Shown in pieces: positions 19,051-29,100 of a stretch of DNA of 48,715 bases. A program made the position numbers and the translations under genes. Below the pieces are notes generated by a model. The model was given only the letters and a program-made list of their open reading frames with translations, made no database searches and was not told the origin of the DNA. Source of the stretch: Bacilli bacterium (GTDB lineage Bacteria > Bacillota_I > Bacilli_A > RF39 > UBA660); contig SKJH01000043.1 in assembly GCA_007116005.1 (NCBI GenBank), forward strand, positions 1-48,715, written 5' to 3'. How positions within the stretch are numbered: the stretch's first letter is position 1; every line of letters begins with the position of its first letter.

Positions 19051-19096
19051 TAGCAAATAATATAAAAAAGCATATATTAATGTAGGAGGTTAATAT

Positions 19097-19339
19097 ATGG
19101 GGTTTGGTGATAATTTTTTCAAAAAGATTGAAGAGAAAACAAATGTTAGTAAGGAGAATATAGTTAATCTTGCTAAGAAAATCCAATCAAAGAATCTAAA
19201 GGATGAAGGAACCCTAAAAGAATTAATTAAAGAAGTTGGAGAGATGGCAGGTAAGCCTGTATCAGAAGAGACAGAGCAAAAAATAATAAATGCTGTAATT
19301 GAAGATAAAGTGCCTAAAGATTTAGATAAAATGATTTAA
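19097..19339 (+). CDS. spoVIF: stage VI sporulation protein F-like
   Basis: 80 aa. The NFFKKIEEKT..V....I..LA......NLKDE.T...LI..V..MA.KPVS pattern resembles B. subtilis SpoVIF (YjcC). Confidence 0.55.
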   Translation: MGFGDNFFKKIEEKTNVSKENIVNLAKKIQSKNLKDEGTLKELIKEVGEMAGKPVSEETEQKIINAVIEDKVPKDLDKMI

Positions 19340-19374
19340 ATAAAGTTAATATAACTTTGTTTTTTCTTGTAAAA

Positions 19375-19408
19375 AGAACTGAATTCTTAAATTCAGTTCT
19401 TTTTTTTA
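19375..19408. terminator. bidirectional intrinsic terminator shared by spoVIF and the minus-strand micropeptide gene
   Basis: Stem AGAACTGAAT (19375-19384) / ATTCAGTTCT (19391-19400). A5 upstream and T8 downstream. Confidence 0.75.
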
Positions 19409-19498
19409 TTACCAAACAACGAAGCTACCTAAAATTATTACTAGTAATACAAAGATAACTATAATGAATGCTGCATCATTTCCAGGTCTAGTATGCAT
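19409..19498 (-). CDS. YjcZ-like sporulation micropeptide (29 aa, single TM), absent from the ORF track
   Basis: Reverse strand reads GGAGGGAATAGC-ATG, then MHTRPGNDAAFIIVIFVLLVIILGSFVVW-TAA. Composition resembles the tiny YjcZ family (..GFALIVVLFILLIIVG..). Confidence 0.5.
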   Translation of the reverse strand: MHTRPGNDAAFIIVIFVLLVIILGSFVVW

Positions 19499-19738
19499 GC
19501 TATTCCCTCCTTTCAAAATGTTACCAATATTATACTGCTTTCAATTATAGTATATTTGGCTTTGCAAAAGTTGTATATAAATATAATCTAATAAATTAAA
19601 TTTTTTTAACTAAATTATTATAAATTAAGATTATAGTTTGTTTTTAATTGTTTATTTAATAGATAATATTAATTATTAAGGTATATAACGCATATTTATA
19701 TCATAAATTTAAATGAACAATAAGAAAGTAGGGATTAT

Positions 19739-21214
19739 ATGGAAAAAAAAGATATAATTAGAAGTATATCAGAAAGAACTGGTGGTGATATATACCTAGG
19801 TATCGTAGGAGCTGTTAGAACAGGTAAATCCACATTTATAAAAAAATTTATGGAAACTATGGTTCTTCCTAATATTGATGATGAACACGAAAAGAAAAGG
19901 TGTTTAGATGAGTTGCCTCAAAGTGCTCAAGGAAAAACTATAATGACAACAGAACCAAAATTTGTACCTAGTACTGCAGCAAAACTAGATATAGAGGAGT
20001 TTTCCGCTAATATCCGTTTAGTTGATTGTGTTGGATATGTTATACAAGGATCAAAAGGATATGAAGATGAAAACGGACCTAGAATGGTAAGAACACCATG
20101 GTATGATGAAGAAATACCGTTTGTTGAGGCAGCAGAAATCGGCACAGAAAAAGTAATTAGGGATCATTCTACAATTGGTATAGTAGTTACTACAGATGGT
20201 TCTATTGGAGAAATTAGTAGAAGTAGTTACGCAGAAAAAGAAGAACAAGTTATACAAGAATTAAAAGAAATTGGAAAACCTTTTATAGTACTATTAAATA
20301 GTACCCGTCCAACATCTGAAGAGACAGAACAATTAGCAGTACAAATAAGAGATAGTCATAATGTACCAGTAATACCAATAAGTGTTGAAACAATGACAGA
20401 AAAAGATTCTTATAATGTTTTAAAAGAATCATTATATGAGTTTCCTGTAGTTGATGTAAAGGTTAATATACCTGAATGGATTGGCTGTTTAAATCATGAT
20501 CATTGGTTAAAGAAAATATATATTGATAAAATAAGAGAAAGTGTAATTGAAGTAGATAAATTAAGGGATGTAGATGGTATTACTAATCATTTCAGTAATT
20601 GTGAATATATTGAAAAAGCATATTTATCAAATGTTGATGCTTCAAGTGGTGAAATTACTATATCACTTCATGCTCCAGAACCATTATATAATGAAATATT
20701 AAAAGAAATAATAGGTATAGATATAACAAGTAAATCACAATTATTAGCGCTATTTCAGGATATGAGTGTTGCCAAAGGTGAATATGACCAAATAAAAAGT
20801 GCCTTATCAATGGTTAAACAAACAGGTTACGGTGTTGCTATACCATCTCTTCAAGATATGAAATTAGATACCCCAGAGATATTAAAGCATGGTGGAAGGT
20901 ATGGGGTTAAATTAAAAGCTGTAGCACCTTCTATACATATGATAAGAGTGGATGTTGAGAGCACTTTTGAACCTATTATAGGATCAGAGATGCAAAGTAA
21001 AGAGTTAATTAATTATTTAACAAAAGATTATGATAAAGATCCACAAAGTATATGGAAATCAGAAATATTTGGTCGAAGCTTAGATGCTATAGTACAAGAA
21101 GGAATACAAGCTAAAATATCAATGATGCCAGAAAATATAAGGTATAAATTACAAGGAACTTTAACTAAGGTTGTAAATAAAGGTTCTTCAACAATGATAG
21201 CTATTGTATTATAA
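19739..21214 (+). CDS. spoIVA: stage IV sporulation protein A (spore coat morphogenetic ATPase)
   Basis: N-terminal RTGGDIYLGIVGAVRTGKSTFIKKFME (Walker A) and 491 aa length are diagnostic. Confidence 0.95.
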   Translation: MEKKDIIRSISERTGGDIYLGIVGAVRTGKSTFIKKFMETMVLPNIDDEHEKKRCLDELPQSAQGKTIMTTEPKFVPSTAAKLDIEEFSANIRLVDCVGYVIQGSKGYEDENGPRMVRTPWYDEEIPFVEAAEIGTEKVIRDHSTIGIVVTTDGSIGEISRSSYAEKEEQVIQELKEIGKPFIVLLNSTRPTSEETEQLAVQIRDSHNVPVIPISVETMTEKDSYNVLKESLYEFPVVDVKVNIPEWIGCLNHDHWLKKIYIDKIRESVIEVDKLRDVDGITNHFSNCEYIEKAYLSNVDASSGEITISLHAPEPLYNEILKEIIGIDITSKSQLLALFQDMSVAKGEYDQIKSALSMVKQTGYGVAIPSLQDMKLDTPEILKHGGRYGVKLKAVAPSIHMIRVDVESTFEPIIGSEMQSKELINYLTKDYDKDPQSIWKSEIFGRSLDAIVQEGIQAKISMMPENIRYKLQGTLTKVVNKGSSTMIAIVL

Positions 21215-21236
21215 AACAGGGAAACCTGTTTTTTTT
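21213..21236 (+). terminator. intrinsic terminator after spoIVA
   Basis: AAAACAGG-GAAA-CCTGTTTT followed by T-run. Confidence 0.75.
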
Positions 21237-21722
21237 ATGTAAATTTAATTGCAATTAATGTCAAATTGTTGTTTGTAATGAAAAAAGTATATATAATTAA
21301 ATTAATTAAGGATAAGAAAAAGTATGAATTATGATAGTAGAATAGTTAAAGGTTATTAAAAAAAACTTTAGAAAAATTAACTAACCAAAAAAAGGTGATA
21401 TTATATTTATATGTGTTTTCAGTGTTTTTATTGCTGCTATTGTATTTGGCGTTTATGGTTTGATAATAAATTTTGTTGTATCTGGTATTGTTTTGCTTAA
21501 CCATACAATGATACTCACAAAAATTAAATATAAACCCTATAATAATAGAATTTTAAAATGTTATATTTATCTTTTATTATTTGCTGTTTTGTTTATAATC
21601 AACTAAGGTGTAGCTTTAATTAATATGGTTAATCTACAGTATTATTTTTAACACCCGCATATACAGGTTATTTTATAGCGTTGTATTTTTTGCTTTATAA
21701 ATTAAAAAAAGTGATATATTAA

Positions 21723-21766
21723 AAAGAGTTTATATATTTTCTAAAAATTCTATAAACTCTTTTTTT
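21723..21766. terminator. 12-bp hairpin overlapping the 3' end of the mutase gene; candidate bidirectional terminator
   Basis: AAAGAGTTTATA (21723-21734) / TATAAACTCTTT (21751-21762). T6 on the plus side and T5 on the minus side. The mutase stop codon (21730-21732) lies inside the 5' arm. Confidence 0.55.
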
Positions 21767-23091
21767 ATTATATTCATTCTTTCTTCTGTTTTAGCTTCAA
21801 ATCTCATAGTTATATTAGGCCCTGTATTAGATGCTCTTATAAGTGCAAAACCATCTTCAAATATAACTTTGCAACCATCTATATCTGAAAAATAGTAGTT
21901 TTTACTTGTGCAGTATTCTTCTACTTTTTCTATAATATCAAACTTGGTTTCATCAGTAAATCTCATCTTTAATTCAGGTGTAGAATAATAATGATTTATA
22001 CCTTCTAATAATTCACTAATGTTTTTATCTGTATTACTTAATATTTCAATCATTCTTAAAGATGCATAAATCCCATCGTCATATCCAAGAAATCTTTCAT
22101 TAAAATATACATGCCCAGATAATTCTCCGCCAAATAATATTTTTTCTCCAAATATTTTTTTCTTAAGATATGATGCTCCTGTTCTAGATAATATTGGGGT
22201 TCCCCCTAATTTTATTATCTCATCTTCTAGACTTTTAGAACATTTAACATCAAACAATATTCTTTTATCTTCTAATTTATTAATTATATCTCTAATTATG
22301 ATAATCATAAAGTGATCAATTGGTATTACTTTACCAAATTCATCTACTAATCCCAATCTATCAGCATCACCATCATATCCAAAGCCTACATCTGATTCTT
22401 CTTTAATAACAGTTTCACTAAGTGTTTTGAGATTTGAATATACACTTGGGTCTGGGTGATGATTAGGAAAATTAGGATCTGAATCTATAAATAAAGGAAT
22501 ATAATCTATATTTAGTTTATCTAAAATGTCTTTTATAACTATTGATGAAGTACCATTAGCAGAATCCACTACAATTTTTAGTTTTCTATTACCTAAATTA
22601 ATAGAAGATATAGTGTAATTAATATAACTTTCTTTTATATCTCGATTAATTATTTTACCTTGACCTAATTCAAAATCATTTGATTTTATAAAATTTCTAA
22701 ATTCTTCAATTTCTTCTCCGCATGCATTATAGATTCCATTAAATGAGAATTTAAACCCATTATATTCTTTTGGGTTATGAGACGCTGTAATCATTATACC
22801 TGAATCTATTTTTAATAAATGACAGGAATAATAATGCATAGGAGTAGTTACTAAACCTATATTTATAACATCTATTCCAGTTTCTGTAATACCTTTTGTT
22901 AAATAATCAAATAAAGGTAAGGAAGAAACTCTGTTATCATAACCTACTATAGTAGTTTTTTTATTCATTCGTTTTAATATTGTTCCGAATGCTTTTCCTA
23001 TAAAATATGCATCTTCATCTTTTAAATCTGTTCCATATATTCCTCTTATATCATAAGCTCTAAATATATTATCATTAATATTATTATTCAT
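21730..23091 (-). CDS. phosphoglucomutase/phosphomannomutase (alpha-D-phosphohexomutase family)
   Basis: Active-site loop TASHNPKEYNGFK, metal loop GYDGDADR, sugar loop GGELSGH. 453 aa. Not GlmM-like, which would read SASHNP..DNG. Confidence 0.85.
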   Translation of the reverse strand: MNNNINDNIFRAYDIRGIYGTDLKDEDAYFIGKAFGTILKRMNKKTTIVGYDNRVSSLPLFDYLTKGITETGIDVINIGLVTTPMHYYSCHLLKIDSGIMITASHNPKEYNGFKFSFNGIYNACGEEIEEFRNFIKSNDFELGQGKIINRDIKESYINYTISSINLGNRKLKIVVDSANGTSSIVIKDILDKLNIDYIPLFIDSDPNFPNHHPDPSVYSNLKTLSETVIKEESDVGFGYDGDADRLGLVDEFGKVIPIDHFMIIIIRDIINKLEDKRILFDVKCSKSLEDEIIKLGGTPILSRTGASYLKKKIFGEKILFGGELSGHVYFNERFLGYDDGIYASLRMIEILSNTDKNISELLEGINHYYSTPELKMRFTDETKFDIIEKVEEYCTSKNYYFSDIDGCKVIFEDGFALIRASNTGPNITMRFEAKTEERMNIIKKEFIEFLENI

Positions 23092-23140
23092 ATTATCACC
23101 GTGTTAATTATAACATAATATGGTTTATTATTCTATGATG

Positions 23141-23149
23141 TGATATAAT
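23141..23149 (+). promoter_or_regulatory. extended -10 element TGATATAAT upstream of the glucan synthase gene
   Basis: Exact TGnTATAAT, 44 nt before ATG 23193. Confidence 0.45.
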
Positions 23150-23192
23150 ATTAAATGTTTGTGTATTATATTTTACATTTGTGGAGGTACGT

Positions 23193-26100
23193 ATGGAAAA
23201 AATGACGTTTATAAAAAAAAATCTTTATATAACAAAATATTATAAAAAGCTTATTACCTATACAAAACAAAATAAAAATGTAGGTAGTGTAAATGAATGG
23301 ATTATAGATAACTATTATTTAATAAGTGAACAACAAAAAATAATAAAACAGGAACTGAAAAGCACCAAAAACATAAGGAAAGTTAGGAAAGATGAACTAT
23401 ATTCATTAGTATATAAAATATTAAGTGAAAATGATTTTGAAATAACATCATCTGTATTTTTTAATAAAATAAATGATTATCAACTTTCAAAAGATATCTT
23501 TTTTTCTTATGATGAAATAAATTTTATTCATCTTTTAATTAGGGTTTTAATAATTTATGAACTTTGTGATTTATGTAAAAAATTAAATACAAGATTAGAT
23601 GAAAAAGAAAATATAAATAATTTATTTAGTACTATCAATAATAATAGATATAATAAGGGTTTTGATATAGAAGATTATATAACGATAGATGAAAGTATAT
23701 TAGAAAGTCCTTATTATATTGAGGAACTAAGTTATAAATTAAATGAATTAGGTCAATTGACCGAAGACACCTTTATGAGTTTAAATGAATTGTTAATTGC
23801 TAACAACAAATCTCTTAAAAACATAATAAAAATAGAGCATGATAGTATGACTAAAGAAAGTGTTTTAATGAAGAATTTATTTAAGTTGTTATCTAAAACA
23901 AATCACTATAAATTCGAATATTTTTATAATAATATCAGTTATACAGAAAAAGAATTAACTAAGGAAAAAATTGGTATATTTGATTCTATGGATGATCCAA
24001 CAAAAAGTGAATATCGTGATAGAATTAAAAAGTTAGTTAAAAAGAGTAAGATGCAAGAATATTACTTTATAAAAGAGTTAGTAGAAGAAGCTAATAGAGA
24101 AAATACACATATAGGTTTTTATTTGTTTAAAGAGCCTAATTATAATCTTAGGAGTGTTATATATATAACTTCTATAATGTTTTTTACATTATTGATTTCT
24201 TTTGTAATGTCTTTTTATATGGGTGTTATTGCATTTTTATTATTAATTATTCCTGTATGTAGTCTTGTTGTAGAGATTATTAATAAAATAATATTTAAAT
24301 TTTCGAAACCTCATGGCCTTTTTAGTATGAAAATAGAAGGTAATTTAAAAGAAGAACATAGCACTATGGTTGTAATACCTACAATTGTAAATAGTGAAGA
24401 AAAGATAGAAAAAATGTTTAATAATTTAGAGATTTATTACCTTGCTAATAAAAGTAAAAATCTATATTTTACTTTATTAGGTGATTGTAAGAGTGCAAAA
24501 GAGAAGACTATACCATTAGATGAGAAAATGGTTAAAGCTGGTATGAAAAAAGCTAAAGAACTTAATGAAAAATATAAAAGCAATATATTTCATTTTGTAT
24601 ATAGGAATAGATTTTATAATGATAGTGAAGAATGTTTTTTAGGTTATGAAAGAAAACGTGGAGCATTAATGCATTTTAATGGACTACTATTAAATAAGTA
24701 TGATGAAAAAGAAAAAAGCGAATATTTTAGATGTCATACATTTGATGATTTTAATAAAACAATCAAATATGTAATCACATTAGATGCTGATACACAATTA
24801 CTTTTAAATACAGCTTTAAAATTAGTAGGTACTATGATACATCCTATGAATACACCTGTATTATCTCCTGATAATAAAAAAGTTATAAAAGGTTATGGAT
24901 TAATTCAACCTAAGGTTGGTATAGATGTTAATGTAACTAATAAATCTATATATTCACAATTATTTGCAGGTCTTGGTGGTTTAGATGTTTATTCATCAAA
25001 GACTTTTGATTTTTATCAAGATGTATTTGGAGAAGGAAGTTTTGTTGGTAAAGGTATTTATGATTTGGATGTATTTGAGAAAATATTAGATAATGCCTTT
25101 CCTAAAAACCTTATATTAAGTCATGACTTAATAGAGGGGAATTATGTAAGAGCAGGTTATGCAAGCGATATAGAACTTTTTGATGATTTTCCTTCTAAAT
25201 ATTTAAATGATGCGATAAGACATCAAAGATGGACAAGAGGGGACTGGCAAGTAATAAGTTGGCTTAAGAAAAAAGTGAAAAACGAAAACAATGATGTTGT
25301 ATCAAATCCAACTAGTAAAATAGGAAAATGGAAAATATTTGATAATTTAAGGAGAAGTTTAAGAAGTTTATTTTTATTATCAGTTATTTTTTATGGATTT
25401 TCTATTGGTAAAAACGATCCATCTATATATGCGATTTTTGTTGCTGCAGTTATAGCAACTCCAATATTGTTTTATTTATTAAATCAATTGTTTGTTATAA
25501 ACAAGGTAAATTTGCGCTTAAAATATTATTTGAATCTTATTAGAGGATTATATGCAGTTATAAATAAATCACTTATAGTTTTAGCGTTATTACCGTATGA
25601 AGCGTATTTATATTCTAGTGCTATAGTAAAATCTTTATATAGAATGAATATAAGTAAAAAGAATCTGCTTAATTGGATAACAGCAGAAGAAGTAGAGGCT
25701 ACATCTAAAAACACATTGTCTAATTATATAAAGAATTTCAAACCTAATTATATAGCTGCTATATTATTATTAGTAGTTACATATATTTTTAGAACTCAAA
25801 ATTTATATCTTGCTATATCTATTGCATTAATATGGTTTTTTGCTCCTATATTAATGTATAACATTAGTAGAGACTTTAAAGAAGATAAAAAATCTCTAGA
25901 TGAGGATATGATTGATGACGTAAAAGAAATTGCCAGAAGAACATGGAAATTTTTCGATAAATTTTTAACTGATGAATATAATTATTTAATCCCAGATAAT
26001 TATCAATTAAACAGATTAAAGAAAGCAGATTATAGAACTTCTCCTACTAACATTGGTTTTTCTCTTGTTAGTATAATATCAGCGTGTGAGTTGAAAATTA

Positions 26101-29100
26101 TTAGCGAAAGAGAAACAATAGATAAAATAACAAATGTTATAAATAGTGTTGAAGAATTAACAAAATGGAATGGACATTTGTTTAATTGGTATAACATTTA
26201 TAATAAAAAAGAAATACAGCCATTTTTTGTTTCAACTGTTGACAGTGGTAATTTTGTAGCGTGTCTTTATGTATTAAAAGGGTTCTTAGAAAAAAGAAAT
26301 AAAAATAATGATTTAATTGAACGTGTCAAAAATTTAATAGATGATACAAATTTCTTGAAATTATATAATACGGATTTAGATGTTTTTAGTGGTGGTTATA
26401 ATGTAGATGATGGAGAATTATTAAATTACCATTATGATAAATTTGCATCAGAAACTCGTATAGGTAGTTTTGTAGCTATAGCTAAAGGTGATGTACCTTA
26501 TAAACATTGGTTTCATTTAGATAAAACTTTAACTAAGTATAAATGTTACAAAGGGATTGCTTCTTGGTCTGGAACAATGTTTGAATATTATATGCCTTTA
26601 ATTTTTATGAAAACATATAAACATACATTATTAGATGAAGCTTACTTGTTTTCTTCTTATGTTCAAAAACAATATATAAAACAAGTAAATCCATCATTAC
26701 CATGGGGAATATCTGAATCAGCGTATAATGAACTAGATGATGCCCAAAATTATAAATATCAAGCATTTGGTGTACCTTATTTAAAATTTCGTGACACTAA
26801 TAGGACCCCAATAGTAATATCACCGTATGGTTCTATTATGTCAATTTCAAAAAATGATATGGATGTATACAATAATATAAAGAAATTAAAAAAAATAGAT
26901 ATGTATGATGAATACGGTTTTTATGAAGCCTATGACAATGAAGATGAATCAGTTGTAAAAGTTTATTATGCACATCATCAAGGAATGATCTTATCTAGTC
27001 TTACTAATTATTTAAATAATAATATAATACAAGAATATTTTCATACTGATAAAAAAGTACAAGCTATGGAGATATTATTAAAAGAAAAAGTTCAAATTAA
27101 ACCATATATTGATTTGAAAATATCAAAATATAAAAAGTTTGATTATAAGAGAGAAGATTATAAAAACGATATAAGAGAACAAGTTGGAGTAATGCCAATA
27201 CCAGAAATGGGTGTTCTTTCTAATGGTTTTTATTCTATATTAATAAATGATCGAGGTGTTGGATTTAGTAAATATAAGAATTTACAAATAAATCGTTATA
27301 GAAAAATATCAGATGAAAATTATGGAACGTTTATGTTTATAAAAAATAAACATAACAATAAAATATGGTCTAATACTTATTCACCTTCAAATAAAGAACC
27401 AGATAAATATCATGCAGTTTTCGCATCAGATTGTATTAAATATATGAGGGAAGATGACAATATTATAACTAATACTGAAATTATAGTTGTAAAAGATCAT
27501 ACTGCTGAAATAAGAAAGATAACAATTGAAAATAATAATTATCATGATGTATCTTTAGAGTTAACATCATATGGTGAAGTAATAATGTCAAGGAATGAAG
27601 AAGATGTTGTTCATAGAACGTTTAACAGTATAACAATTGATTCTGAAATAGACTATAATACATCATCGTTGATTTTCAAAAGAACATCTAGAACTAAAAG
27701 GAACACAGAGTATTTTGTTGTTCATAGAATGTTTTATGATAATGATAACTCTAGGTTTGAATTTGAAACGTCAAGAGAAAAGTTTGTTGGAAGAAACAAT
27801 GTGATCACTAATGCAGATGTTATTGTGGAAAACAAACCATTATCTTGTAGTGAAGTATCTCCAATAGATCCTATTATGAGTGTAAGAAAAACTATTGATA
27901 TAAAATCTAATGATAAAAAAGTAATATATTTATTAACTGGATTTGGAAAATCAAAAGAACAAATAATGGAGATAGTAGATAAATATAAAGATAAGAAAAC
28001 TGTTGATAATGCATTTGATACTGCTAAAGTAATGAATAATATGCGTAATAGTTATTCTAATTTCACAGGTTATCAATTACGAGTATATAATTTAATAATC
28101 AAATATTTATATCAAACAGCACCTATAAATGAAGATAGAAGAAAAGTTTTAGCGGCTAATAATTTATCACAACAAGATTTGTGGAAATTTGGAGTATCTG
28201 GTGATATCCCTATAATGTTAGTAAGTATCGATTCAGTAGAGAATTTAGGATTTATTAAACAAGCACTACAGGCTTTTGAATTTTGTAAAAGCAGGACAAT
28301 GTATATAGATGTTGTTATTATAAATGGAGAAAATAATAATAAATCTAAGATTGTTAAATCATATGTAGATAATTTAATTTATCGTATTGATAATTTAAAC
28401 TATTTTGAAAATTCATTAGGTAATGTACATATTATCAATAAAGAAGATATATCTGATAATGAGATGGTTTTATTAAAAACAATTACAAGATTATATCTGA
28501 ATGCTAGTAGTGATAAATCTTTCGAAGAACAGATATTAGGATTTGATGATGAAATTGAATTAGATAAAGATAATAAAGGTATTAAATTAATAGAAAATAA
28601 AAAAGCAGAACTTCCTGAAAATATAGAATTTTATAATGGTTACGGTGGTTTTGTTAATAATGGTACTGAGTATATTATTGATAAAAACAATACGCCTATG
28701 CCATGGGTAAATGTGCTTTCTAATAAAACATTTGGTTCTATTGTAAGTAATAATTTAGGTGGTTATACGTATGCGTATAATAGTAGGGAATATAAAATTA
28801 CTTCTTGGAGCAATGATCCAGTAAGTGATCCTAACAGTGAAGCTTTTATTGTAAATGGACGTAAATTTACGCCAAACTTAACAAAACATGGATTTGGATA
28901 TACAATATTTGAATCAGAAACAAATGAATATAAAATAACAATAAAAGTATTTGTTGGATTATCTGATAATATAAAATTCTATAATATGGATATTGAAAAC
29001 AAATTAAATGAAAAACAATTGTTTGATATAGATTTTATTACAAAATTAGTTCTTGGTACATCAGAAGAGTTAACAAATCGTCATATTCTTTCTGAATTTG

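Noticed and set aside
21411-21500. 29-codon Cys-rich peptide MCFQCFYCCYCIWRLWFDNKFCCIWYCFA downstream of an SD-like AAAGGTGA
   Set aside because: TGT/TTT/TAT-rich translation is expected when a T-rich membrane-protein coding region is read out of frame. The SD spacing (12 nt) is longer than for real genes here. It is kept only as context for the spacer finding.
23181-23192. Upstream GTG/TTG starts proposed by the ORF track for cgs (23181), hup (32219), cca (32590), dnaD (34406), the holin-like gene (39437), gpsB (39740), engB (16570), the 11519 ORF, the DUF1292 gene (11260) and pheS (47140)
   Set aside because: In each case the alternative codon lies within or upstream of the SD that serves a downstream ATG at the normal 4-8 nt spacing. 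The trimmed N-termini also match the family N-termini.
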